A stretch of DNA of 64,000 nt, from positions 126,388-190,387 of the forward strand of contig CBDDDG010000012.1 of NCBI GenBank assembly GCA_965226555.1. Reading direction: 5' to 3'. The stretch's first letter is position 1. Each line of letters begins with the position of its first letter. Below the pieces are notes generated by a model. That model ran no database searches. It was given only the letters and a program-made list of their open reading frames with translations, and was not told the origin of the DNA. The stretch is from Salinispira sp. Lineage in GTDB: Bacteria; Spirochaetota; Spirochaetia; DSM-27196; Salinispiraceae. Position numbers and translations under genes: made by a program. Below, in pieces: positions 30,025-40,126 of the stretch.

Positions 30025-32038
30025 AACAATCAATCCGGTAAACAACAAATTATGGAAAGATTTCCTTGTTACCATTTCCGATGAGGATTTTTTCAACATT
30101 ATCCGAAACTATCTCGGTCCGGTACAGACTCCCTACAATAAACACGACCTAATAGAAAAACTCTGTTTGTTTATTCAGCGTGATGAAATTCAGCAGCTCA
30201 TTCTGGATCAGGTCGATACAGCCGATATGGAATTGCTTTCAGTAATTGATGTACTCGGCGCAAAATCCATAGAACAATTATGTACATTTTTTGATACCAT
30301 ATATTCACAGCGAAGCATATATTCCCGTTTACTGAACCTCTTTGATCGCCTGCTTATCCTCCGGCATCCGGAACATCGGCAATTTGTGCTCAACCCCTAT
30401 TTCAGGGCTGGTCTGATTTCACGGGGTCTTGGAAAATTAACTCCACCCGAAAGTACAGCGCATGTCGATGGAAAAACCATCTGGTTTAACGATAACATTG
30501 TTATTGCAGCTCTTTCAATTATAAAAGAGCAGCAGGAGACGGTATGCGCGAGCGGATCACTCAAAAAAACGCTTGTTTCCCGTTTCAAACAAACCGTTGC
30601 CGCTGCCTCAGGCTGGACAGCCGAAGAAATGGGTATTTTTAATATAAGCCTCTGCTTTCTCGGATTACTTGAACGTAAGAATCAGAACTGTATAGTACAT
30701 TTTCCACACTGGAAAACATTCAGCATCCTTTCTTTTCAGCAACGCTTTTCGTATTACTGTGCATCGTATATTGTCGCCATGCACTATGGTCAGAAATATA
30801 CTGAGCAGATTACTACCATGCCCATTTTCCAGATTAGCGAACACATACAGCCGACGGCGGAACTCCTTCACCCATTCATTCAGAGCTTGAAACCCACCGT
30901 AAAATACAGCCGGATCATGCTTAGACAGATAATTACCCTGCATGAGGCAAAGGCATTGTTTCCCATTGAAACCATTCTTAGCGGACTCATGAATCTTTCA
31001 ATTATTATTCAGCATGAAGATGGTTTTGTGGTAAATCCTGAACTCAAAAACTTTCTCGAAAACAATCCTGAACATAGTCATTCTTCGCTGAATGTCCATA
31101 GCGATTATAACATTACGGTTCATCCCCGGGCAGATTTTTCCGAAAAAATAACAATTGCCTCTATGTGCCATTTACGGATATGCGATAATGTCTGCCGTTT
31201 TGAATTAACCAGAGAATCGGTTTTTTCCGGGCTTGCTCTGGGTATAAAGCGGGGAGAGTTTTTACAAATCCTGCAGAGACTGGATAACACTATTCCGCAG
31301 AATATCAGTTTCAGCATTGAAAATTGGGAGAATGAATATTTCACCGTTAACATTCAGGCCGGATATCTTTTAAAAGTAGATAAAAATGCCGCATTGGTTC
31401 AAAATCTTGCTGTCAGGCTGAAATGTGTGGAAGATCTTGGAAATGGCAATTTTTTGTTCCCCGCCGACGATCTCCAATGGATTGAGGTACTTGAGGATGC
31501 AGGCTTTGCGATAAGAAAATTATTTAATTCAGTTGTTAATACATATGATCCTCCCCTGCCCCCGCTTACCCCCTTCACCGAGAAACCCTTCCCGAAAATT
31601 CATCGGGAAGCAGATAGATCGCAGCAGCGTGAACAGCAAAAGCGCTCAGCGCAGCGCAGGCATGAACTTGAACAGCAGGTTGAGGAACTGAATTTTACCG
31701 AAGATCAGAAAACCGATCTCAAACGGCGAATTCAGGATGGCCTTCTTCTCATTCCTGAGCAGTTTGAAACAGCAGCCCGAACAGAAATTACCGAGGCAAG
31801 CGGTCTGAATTACGGAGCGAAGATGAGGCTTATTGAAACAGCCATAAAAAAAGGAAATATGCTCGAAATATCTATTACCGGCTCAAAAGAAATTTTTCTG
31901 GTCAGACCCGTCCACATTACAAAAAATTCCCGATCCGACATATTACATGCCGTACAATACGAGGAAGAAATAGATATATATGTTGAAAAAATGCGTCATA
32001 TAAAACGTTTAAGCAATAATCTTTTTAATTCTATCTAA
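30017..32038 (+). CDS. XPB-associated protein (helicase-associated domain)
   Basis: Overlaps the XPB stop; FELTRESV...IPQNI.FSI..W segment. ATG 30017 preferred over the longer ORF-track start. Confidence 0.65.
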   Translation: MNKTINPVNNKLWKDFLVTISDEDFFNIIRNYLGPVQTPYNKHDLIEKLCLFIQRDEIQQLILDQVDTADMELLSVIDVLGAKSIEQLCTFFDTIYSQRSIYSRLLNLFDRLLILRHPEHRQFVLNPYFRAGLISRGLGKLTPPESTAHVDGKTIWFNDNIVIAALSIIKEQQETVCASGSLKKTLVSRFKQTVAAASGWTAEEMGIFNISLCFLGLLERKNQNCIVHFPHWKTFSILSFQQRFSYYCASYIVAMHYGQKYTEQITTMPIFQISEHIQPTAELLHPFIQSLKPTVKYSRIMLRQIITLHEAKALFPIETILSGLMNLSIIIQHEDGFVVNPELKNFLENNPEHSHSSLNVHSDYNITVHPRADFSEKITIASMCHLRICDNVCRFELTRESVFSGLALGIKRGEFLQILQRLDNTIPQNISFSIENWENEYFTVNIQAGYLLKVDKNAALVQNLAVRLKCVEDLGNGNFLFPADDLQWIEVLEDAGFAIRKLFNSVVNTYDPPLPPLTPFTEKPFPKIHREADRSQQREQQKRSAQRRHELEQQVEELNFTEDQKTDLKRRIQDGLLLIPEQFETAARTEITEASGLNYGAKMRLIETAIKKGNMLEISITGSKEIFLVRPVHITKNSRSDILHAVQYEEEIDIYVEKMRHIKRLSNNLFNSI

Positions 32039-32197
32039 TGCCCGATGCCAAAAATTCCCCAGCGGTGGTGCGCTTATGGTTGAATTCGCCCAATTTTCAT
32101 GTAGCAGTTGATATTTCCGATACTTTGTAGTAGTCTTTAAGAAAGGTTTCAGCGCGTATTCGCAATGAAACATATTTTTATGAAAAGGAGTATTAAA

Positions 32198-34338
32198 ATG
32201 ATGTTTAATCTTTTTAATCCACTACGAAAGTTATGGGGGGGGGGACGTCCTCTGTATTGATTATAATGAGCGTGGTTCTCGTTGCCGTGCTTGCCGGATG
32301 TCCGGGGCCAGATCCTGTTCCGGGAGGTGATCCTGATCCTGTCACTGTTCCTGCCGCGCCGGCTACTCCCGCCCTCAATGTGGGGAACGCCGCGCTGACT
32401 GTTACATGGGCAGCGCCCGATAACGGCGGCAGCGAAATTACCGAGTACCATGTGCAGCACAAAGAAAGCACCGCAGACTGGCCAGCGGACGGCACAACCG
32501 ATACCGCCGCTATCGGCGGTACTGTAACAAGCCACACCATTACCGAACTCAACAACACGACCAGTTACGATGTGCGGGTGCGCGCGGTCAATGCGCAGGG
32601 CGCGGGGAACTGGTCGACATCTTCCGCTGCAACACCAAGCGCATCCCATCCTCCAGCGCCGAATACGCCCACCCTTGTTGCGGGGAAAGGGAAGCTAACT
32701 GTTACTTGGGAAATGCCGACTATTGCCGCTGGTGCCAGCGCCATTACCACGTACCATGTGCAGCACAAACTAAGCACCGTAGGCTGGCCAACGGACGACT
32801 CAACGGATACCGCCACTATTAATGACGGCACTGCTGCACGCCACATCATTTCCGGGCTGATAGGCGGCAGTTCGTACGATGTACGGGTGCGCGCAGAAAA
32901 CGAGGATGAATTGCTTGGCGCATGGTCGCAGCCTGCCACTGCAACCCCTCTCTCAACTTCCACTGTTCCTGCCGCGCCAACTGCTCCCACCCTCAATGTG
33001 GGGAACGCTTCGCTTAGGGTTACATGGGTAGCGCCCGATGACGGCGGCAGCGCCATTACCGGGTATCACCTTCGCCATAGCGCGGACGGCGGAACCTCAT
33101 GGACGCCTATTACCTCCGGCATCACCGGCACAAGCCACACCATTACTGGGCTGACAAACGGCGCCAGCTACCACGTACAGGTACGCGCCGTTAACGCTGT
33201 GGGCGATGGCGCATGGTCATTATCCGCAACGGAAACGCCGGCACTAATAATTTCATCGACACAGACTCCCGCGGGTACGGCAGCGACGGTAAACCTTTCG
33301 GCTGCCGCTAATGCCATTATTACCAATGAGAGCCCAACTGTTGCTTTGACCGTGGTGGAACCGGGCACTCTCGCGGTTACTGAATCAGCCATTACGGTAA
33401 CCGCCGCAACTGCGCCCTCAGGGGTTACCGTTCCGACAGTTAATGCGAGTACCGGAGATGTTACGGTTGCTACAAGTACAACGGCAGGAACATATCTGGT
33501 ATATGGCAGCAAATCCGGAAACATACTGTTTGCCGAGTATTTCTATGTTACCGTGAGTCCTGCTGATAACGCTGCACTGGACACAGCGGTAGCTGCGGGA
33601 ATAAGTAATTGGGGTAATACTGCCGATCTCAACTACATTGTTACCACGGCGGTAACGGATATGACCGATGTGTTTATTGGTAAAAGCGCATTCAATGGCG
33701 ATATCTCGAAATGGGATACCAGCGCGGCAACAACTATGTATAGAATGTTCGGCGGAGCAAGTATATTCAATGGCGATATCTCGGATTGGGATGTCAGTAA
33801 GGTAACGAGTATGTTCCAGATGTTCTATCTAGCAAGCGTATTCAATGGCGATATCTCCGGCTGGAATGTCAGCGCGGTAACGACTATGGGCGATATGTTC
33901 AATGGAGCAAGCACATTCAATGCCAATATCTCCGGCTGGGATGTCAGTAAGGTAACGTATATGAACCAGATGTTCCTGTCTGCAAGTAACTTTAATGGCG
34001 ATATTTCGGACTGGGATGTCAGATCGGTAACGAATCTGAACAGTATGTTCAATGGAGCAAGCGCATTCAATGGCGATATCTCCAGATGGGATGTCAGTAA
34101 GGTAACGTTAATGCCTCTGATGTTCGCTGGAGCACGCGTATTCAATCAGAATATCTCAAGCTGGGATGTCAGTAAGGTAACGCATATGCAAGGTATGTTC
34201 AATGGCGCAAGTGCATTCAATCAAAATCTTGAGGACTGGAAGGATCATTGGACGCTTGATGTTAATGGAAAATATACCGGATACAAAACAGATATGTTTG
34301 CGAATTCCGGCGTAACAACGCCGCCATCATGGTATTAG
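32198..34338 (+). CDS. FN3 x3 + BspA/DUF285 lipoprotein; SD-led start out of frame at a G10 tract
   Basis: AAGGAG + ATG at 32198; G10 at 32235-32244; lipobox VLAGC; 25-aa FNGDIS.WDVS.VT.M..MF repeats. Main frame is open from 32233. Confidence 0.85.
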
Positions 34339-34379
34339 TTTCATAGCCCGCAGGGGCTATTGAAACGTTGCAATTCAAC
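34337..34379 (+). terminator. Conserved hairpin downstream of BspA-lipoprotein genes
   Basis: GTTTCATAGCCC-GCA-GGGGCTATTGAAAC; near-identical copy in reverse at about 41094-41135 after the paralog. Confidence 0.6.
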
Positions 34380-34434
34380 TCAGGCAGGCGCGGGGAACCG
34401 ACCAGCCCCCGTGCCTGCCTTTTTTCGATAAGAC

Positions 34435-34619
34435 GGCTGGTCGGCGTTGCAGGCCCAAGCACATCCTGCTCGCCATGCGTCCGTCAGGAATGCTGTCTTT
34501 GTGCTTAGCATTCTCCTATTTCATAGAAAGTTTCTATACCTTGAGAGAATCAAGAATATGGATGAGAGAATCCTCATTTGAAAATTGTGCAGAGCACAAT
34601 TTTCAGTAGCAAAACTTTG
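34435..34619. repeat. Composite palindromic repeat (modules E+D+C+B)
   Basis: Shares GGAATGCT..TTTGTGCTTAGCATTCTCCTAT with 26651-26683 and the GAGAGAATCAAG..TGAAAATTGTGCAGAGCACAATTTTCAGT block with 2011-2111. Confidence 0.88.
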
Positions 34620-34874
34620 TAATATCTCAAAATAATAGAAACTTTTTACAAAAACCTCGCGCTGAGCATTGTTCCCGGGAGCATAGAGCGTATCGACACA
34701 GAGCATACCAGCCCTCCCAGTCCCGACTCCCCGAAAAAAATTCACACATTTTGCAAAATTCTTTCAAAATACATAGTCAAAAATGACATTTTACCCGTTA
34801 TAGATATATAAGGGAGAATTCACCATGGGACCATGTCGCCATGGGAGATCCCCTATTCAGAAAGAAACGTTCAG

Positions 34875-34926
34875 AAATTTTTGCATTGGAAAATTGTGCT
34901 TGCACAATTTCCAGTAGCAAAACTTT
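34875..34926. repeat. 52-bp palindromic insertion with 7-bp CGTTCAG duplication
   Basis: Absent from the paralogous leader at 36411-36430. Confidence 0.9.
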
Positions 34927-34942
34927 CGTTCAGGAGGATTGT

Positions 34943-35947
34943 ATGATCGATTTCAAAGAAAAACCCGCACCCGTTCCCTACGACCAAGGATACCGCTCAC
35001 TGCTGTTCCAACCCGCAATAATGCTCCAATTTCTTCAACGCTTTGTCGGAGGCGCATGGACGAAAAAATTGCGAATCGAGGATATAACCATCGAAAACGG
35101 TACCTTTTTCATTGACCATGCAAAAACACGAATGGCCGACATTGTCTGCAAAATAACGCAGAAGGATCACACGGGAGATGTTGTCATTTATGTGCTCCTT
35201 GAGCATCAGTCCGGCGTGGACAAAGACATGCCCCTTCGCATGTCGGAGTACACGAATCTGCTCTATCGGAACATTCACCGCTCCGGCGCAATTCCCGATG
35301 ACTGCGAGTTGGTATTTCTTCCCATTGTGTTCTATAATGGAACTCGAAAATGGAAGGTGCCGGGGAACGTCAGAGATCGGAACACGCGGGAATTCCCGCA
35401 GTATCTTGCTCCCTTTCCTTACGATCTGATAAGTGAGAACGATTATTCTGCGGAGCAGTTGCAGCAGCGGGGAAGAATGTTTGCGGCTGTTATGTACCTT
35501 GATCTGTACTCGAAAAATCTGCTGAATACGGATTGGGACATTCAGAAGACGGAGAAAGCGATAGCAGGAATGCTGAATGAAGAATCGCTGGAGCTGATAG
35601 AGGAATTTATCGGCGTGGTAGATTCTATGTTCGGAATTGTTATAGACTTCGATACGTTAATGAACAGATTAGAAAGAACAAAAGAACCGAGAGGTAAGGA
35701 GGTAGCAAAAATGTTCAGAATGAATGCGGAAACATTCAAAGCGCACATTGCGGAGATGGGTCGGCAGGAAGGATTGCAAACAGGTCGGCAGGAAGGACTG
35801 CGAACAGGTCGCGCTGAGGGGCATATTGAGGAGCGGAGAAAAAACGCCCGCAGTATGTTTTTGGAAGGGTTGTCGACAGAGGCTGTTCAGAGAATTACCG
35901 GGCTGAGCGATGAGGAAATGCGGACATTGCGGAACGGATCGCAGTAA
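34943..35947 (+). CDS. Rpn family nuclease
   Basis: AGGAGG + ATG; YD.GYR, ADIV, YVLLEHQS.VD..MPLRM, PIVFYNG..KW. Confidence 0.88.
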   Translation: MIDFKEKPAPVPYDQGYRSLLFQPAIMLQFLQRFVGGAWTKKLRIEDITIENGTFFIDHAKTRMADIVCKITQKDHTGDVVIYVLLEHQSGVDKDMPLRMSEYTNLLYRNIHRSGAIPDDCELVFLPIVFYNGTRKWKVPGNVRDRNTREFPQYLAPFPYDLISENDYSAEQLQQRGRMFAAVMYLDLYSKNLLNTDWDIQKTEKAIAGMLNEESLELIEEFIGVVDSMFGIVIDFDTLMNRLERTKEPRGKEVAKMFRMNAETFKAHIAEMGRQEGLQTGRQEGLRTGRAEGHIEERRKNARSMFLEGLSTEAVQRITGLSDEEMRTLRNGSQ

Positions 35948-36433
35948 TTATCGCCGCTCGGCCTGCGCGCCCATGCGGCGGGTTCAGGTCAATATCTCAA
36001 AATAATAGAAACTTTTTGAAAAACTTTCTCATTTTATCATTCACCGTTTATATTTTACCCGTCTATATAGTATGAGCAAAAAATATATCGGTATGGTACA
36101 CGCTGGAAATATGCTTTCGAAAATCCTCAGATATTCTGGAACTTCATACATTCATATTTCAACAAAGACCTCGCGCAGAGCATTGTTCCGGGGATCGTGC
36201 GTCAATACACCCTATAATACAGGGCGAATTCAACCACACGCTCACCCCATTCCTGCCCACTCATCTCTCCTTCCCCCATCCCTGAAAAAAATCACACATT
36301 CTTTCAATTTTTTTCCAAATACATAGTTAAAAATGACTTTTTACCCGTCACAGATATAGAGGAGAGAATTCACCATGGGACCATGTCGCTATGGGAGATC
36401 CCCTATTCAGAAAGAAACGTTCAGGAGGATTAT

Positions 36434-37474
36434 ATGATCGATTTCAAAGAAAAACCCGCCCCCGTTCCCTACGACCAAGGCTACCGCTCCCTGCTGTTCC
36501 AACCCGCAATAATGCTCCAATTTCTGCAACGATTTGTCGGAGGCGCATGGACGAAAAAACTCCGAACCGAGGACATAACCATCGAAAACGGTACCTTTTT
36601 CATTGACCATGCAAAAACACGGATGGCCGACATTGTCTGCAAAATAACGCAGAAGGATCACACGGGAGATGTTGCTATCTATGTGCTCCTTGAGCATCAG
36701 TCTGGAGTGGACAAAGACATGCCCCTCCGCATGTCGGAGTACACAAACCTTCTCTATCGGAACATTCACCGCTCCGGCGCAATTCCCGATGACTGCGAAT
36801 TGATATTTCTGCCCATTGTGTTTTATAATGGTACGAGAAAATGGAAGGTGCCCGGGAATGTCAGAAAGCAACGGAAGCGGAAATTCCCGCAGTATCTTGC
36901 TCCTTTTCCCTACGATCTGATAAGCGAGAGCGATTATTCTGCGGAGCAGCTACAGCAGCGGGGAAGAATGTTTGCGGCTGTTATGTACCTTGATCTGTAC
37001 TCGAAAAATCTGCTGAATACGGATTGGGACATTCGGAAGGTAGAGAAAGCGATAGCAGAAATGCTGAATGAGGAATCGCTGGAGCTGATAGAGGAATTTG
37101 TCGGCGTGGTAGATTCTATGTTTGGAATTGTTATAGACTTAGACACGTTAATGAACCAGTTACAAAGAACAAAAGAACCGAGAGGTAAGGAGGTAGCAAA
37201 AATGTTCAGAATGAATGCGGAAACATTCAAAGCGCACATTGCGGAAATGGGTCGGCAGGAAGGACTACAGACAGGTCGGCAGGAAGGACTGCGAACAGGT
37301 CGTGAAGAAGGACTTCAGACAGGTCGGCAGGAAGGACTGCGAACAGGTCGTGAAGAAGGCATTCGAGAAACGGCCCGCAGTATGTTTTCCAAAGGATTTT
37401 CAGCCCATGACATTCAGGATGTTACCGGGCTGAGCGATGAGGAAATGCGCACATTGCGGAACGGATCGCATTAA
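36434..37474 (+). CDS. Rpn family nuclease (tandem paralog of 34943-35947)
   Basis: Near-identical N-terminal domain, different repeat number and tail. Confidence 0.88.
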   Translation: MIDFKEKPAPVPYDQGYRSLLFQPAIMLQFLQRFVGGAWTKKLRTEDITIENGTFFIDHAKTRMADIVCKITQKDHTGDVAIYVLLEHQSGVDKDMPLRMSEYTNLLYRNIHRSGAIPDDCELIFLPIVFYNGTRKWKVPGNVRKQRKRKFPQYLAPFPYDLISESDYSAEQLQQRGRMFAAVMYLDLYSKNLLNTDWDIRKVEKAIAEMLNEESLELIEEFVGVVDSMFGIVIDLDTLMNQLQRTKEPRGKEVAKMFRMNAETFKAHIAEMGRQEGLQTGRQEGLRTGREEGLQTGRQEGLRTGREEGIRETARSMFSKGFSAHDIQDVTGLSDEEMRTLRNGSH

Positions 37475-37646
37475 TTATCACCGCTCGGCCTGCTCGCCAT
37501 GCGTCTGTTGCTGAGACGGGGGCTGGTCGGAGGCGTGCGCCTCCTGGGCTGGTCGCGCTTCAGCGCTACTCGCCCGGGCATCTGGTTCGCCATGCATCTG
37601 TGGTTGAATTCGCTAAGTTACTTGTGAATGATGTATACTGGCTGAT

Positions 37647-38390
37647 ATGGAAATTATTTCCGAAAATGATGGGCACAGGCTACATCTCACGGAGCTGCTG
37701 TCGGGAGAATACCCCTGCACCGCAGTTGAATGCGCCCGCTTCTTTCTGGGCTGTATTCTGCTTAACCCTGCATGTGCGGATAACAGCCCGCCGCTTGCGG
37801 GAATTATTATTGAGACCGAGGCCTACACCGCCAGTGATCCCGCATCGCATTCCTCCCGCGGGAAAACCCAGGGCAATCAGGCTATGTTTTCCCGAGCGGG
37901 AACCCTCTATGTATACCGCAGCTACGGAATCCATCACTGTGCCAACATTGTTACCGAGCCGGGTAATGCCGTACTCATCCGCGCACTTTTTCCCATCAGC
38001 GGAATTGCGGAAATGCGCAGAATTCGGGGCGGAAAACCCGATGAGGAACTGTGCCGGGGCCCGGGAAATGTGTGCGCAGCAATGCGTATTGATATGGAGA
38101 AAAACTTCACCCTGCTGAACAGCAGCGCGCCAAACATCGACACAGCACGCGCTCACACAGGAACTGCAGGGCACAACCACAATGCGCACCTGTCTGCGCA
38201 TCTGAAACTTTTTACCTGCGCTTCAGAAAAGATCCTGACAGAATGCGCGGAAGGAAAATTCCCCGGCAAGGCAGTAATAAAGACATCTCCGAGAATTGGA
38301 ATTTCAAAAAATACTGAAGCGCTCCTCCGATTTTTTATTGACATTCCGGGCTATGTTAGTCGTTCGCGAAGAGGTCGTGTAATCGGTTGA
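37647..38390 (+). CDS. DNA-3-methyladenine glycosylase (MPG family)
   Basis: IIETEAY...DPASHS, YVYRSYGIHHC.N, AVLIRA, GPG, SPRIGIS. Confidence 0.9.
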   Translation: MEIISENDGHRLHLTELLSGEYPCTAVECARFFLGCILLNPACADNSPPLAGIIIETEAYTASDPASHSSRGKTQGNQAMFSRAGTLYVYRSYGIHHCANIVTEPGNAVLIRALFPISGIAEMRRIRGGKPDEELCRGPGNVCAAMRIDMEKNFTLLNSSAPNIDTARAHTGTAGHNHNAHLSAHLKLFTCASEKILTECAEGKFPGKAVIKTSPRIGISKNTEALLRFFIDIPGYVSRSRRGRVIG

Positions 38391-39255
38391 GATCATCGCT
38401 GTTGTAATATGAAATGATAATTTTTCCCTTTTTATCCGACCCCCGAATTTCAACCCGGGTTCCGAGGGTCTTTATCAGCGTTTCTTCCATTTCAGTAAGT
38501 TCCAGGCTTTTCTGCTCATGGTGTTGGCTGCTGTCCTGCTTGTTTTCGGCTGTACTATCCGGTCGGGCTGAAACATCATCTCCTGAATTAACATCTCCTG
38601 AATTAACATTCCTGACCAGCTTTTCGGCCGCGCGGACAGAAAGGTTGTTATCAATTATCTGCCGGTATAGGTCCTGTATTGCCGATTCCTGTTCAACGGT
38701 GAGAAGAGCCCGGGCGTGCCCGGCACTAATTTCTCCGCAGAGTATGCCGTTCCGAATGTTTTCCGGCAAACGAAGAAGGCGGAGAGTATTCGCAATGGCC
38801 GATCGGCTTTTTCCGATCTTCTCTGCTATATCTTCCTGAGTATAATGAAAGGAATCCATGAGGGTGCGGTAGGCAAAAGCCTCTTCAATAGCACTGAGAT
38901 CTTCACGCTGAACATTTTCAATAAGACCAATTTCAAGCCGACTGCTCTCGCTCAAATTCTTCACAATAACCGGCACCTGCTTCAGTCCAATGTGAAGGGC
39001 TGCCCTGTATCTTCTTTCTCCAGCAATAATTATGTATTTTTCACCGCTGTGTTTGTCGACAATGAGCGGTTGAATAATTCCCTGTTCACGAATAGACTGC
39101 GCGAGTTCCTTCAGCTGTTCTTCCTCAAATTGCTTCCGCGGTTGTTCAGGATTTGGGATAAGTACTGAAACAGGAAGTTCATGCACAATTCCTTCATTTT
39201 CACGCACCTTCGGCATGAGAGAATTCAAACCACGTCCTAATGCCTGCCTAGCCAC
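38356..39255 (-). CDS. parB: Chromosome partitioning protein ParB
   Basis: ALGRGL, PNP.QPRK.F, IAGERRYRA, ENVQREDL, KSRSAIAN.LRLL.LP. Confidence 0.96.
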   Translation of the reverse strand: MARQALGRGLNSLMPKVRENEGIVHELPVSVLIPNPEQPRKQFEEEQLKELAQSIREQGIIQPLIVDKHSGEKYIIIAGERRYRAALHIGLKQVPVIVKNLSESSRLEIGLIENVQREDLSAIEEAFAYRTLMDSFHYTQEDIAEKIGKSRSAIANTLRLLRLPENIRNGILCGEISAGHARALLTVEQESAIQDLYRQIIDNNLSVRAAEKLVRNVNSGDVNSGDDVSARPDSTAENKQDSSQHHEQKSLELTEMEETLIKTLGTRVEIRGSDKKGKIIISYYNSDDLNRLHDLFAND

Positions 39256-40003
39256 GGGAAATTACCTCATGGGCGAGGTCCCGATAACTCTTTGCGCCGG
39301 AAGAAGAAGGATCATAGTTTCCAATAGGAACCGAATGAGACGGAGCTTCTGAGAGCCGGACATTACGGGGAATTATGGTCTTGAACACCAAACTACCGAA
39401 ATATCCGACAACTTCCTTTACAACATCCTGAGCAAGACGGGTTCGTGAATCGTACATGGTAAATATAATTCCGCTAATTTTAAGATTTTGATTACTCGAT
39501 TTCTGGATAATGTTGATATTTTTTATAAGCTGAGTAATGCCCTCCAGCGCAAAATATTCTGTTTGAAGGGGAATAAAAACTTCCCAGGCAGCAGTAAGCC
39601 CATTGAGCGTGAGAATTCCAAGGCTTGGAGGACAATCGATCAGTATAAAATCGTAATCTTTATGGAGGGGCTTCAGGGCGTTTTGAAGGTAGTATTCCCG
39701 CTCTTCCTGTTCTGCGAGTTCGATGGCAGCTCCCGCAAGATCAGGACTTGCAGGAATAATGTTCATGGTTTTTATTATTGTTCTTTGAATACAGTCCTTC
39801 GCATCGGCATGAGAGGCAATGAGTTGATACACTGTTTCCCCCACAGTATCGGCACCCACACTGGAACTCAAATTACACTGAGGGTCAAAATCGACAAGAA
39901 GTACCCGCTTACCCACTTCCGCAAGATAGGCTCCGAGGTTTACAACAGATGTTGTTTTACCAACACCGCCCTTCTGGTTTGCAAATGCAATTATCCGTAC
40001 CAT
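39248..40003 (-). CDS. parA: Chromosome partitioning ATPase ParA/Soj
   Basis: NQKGGVGKTT, DPQ.N, IDCPPSLG, IPRNVRLSEAPS. Confidence 0.96.
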   Translation of the reverse strand: MVRIIAFANQKGGVGKTTSVVNLGAYLAEVGKRVLLVDFDPQCNLSSSVGADTVGETVYQLIASHADAKDCIQRTIIKTMNIIPASPDLAGAAIELAEQEEREYYLQNALKPLHKDYDFILIDCPPSLGILTLNGLTAAWEVFIPLQTEYFALEGITQLIKNINIIQKSSNQNLKISGIIFTMYDSRTRLAQDVVKEVVGYFGSLVFKTIIPRNVRLSEAPSHSVPIGNYDPSSSGAKSYRDLAHEVISRG

Positions 40004-40070
40004 TACAAAAGTATACAAAAATTACATCATAAAAAATAGACCAATTTTCAAAACAATATGACTTATGACA

Positions 40071-40110
40071 GAAAGTTTTCTTCAGGAAAAACTTTATCAA
40101 TGCAAAATTT
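40071..40110. repeat. Palindromic repeat variant (A'/F) in the parA-trhO spacer
   Basis: GAAAGTTTTCTTCAGGAAAAACTTTATCAATGCAAAA; matches 51688-51730. Confidence 0.8.
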
Positions 40111-40126
40111 TATGATATAAAACAAT

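Noticed and set aside
33730..34230. 75-bp repeats as a non-coding array
   Set aside because: They encode the 25-aa BspA/DUF285 repeats.
34841..34942. Longer start for the Rpn gene
   Set aside because: Runs through the leader and repeat insert; AGGAGG precedes ATG 34943 and the paralog's upstream ATG is in a different register.
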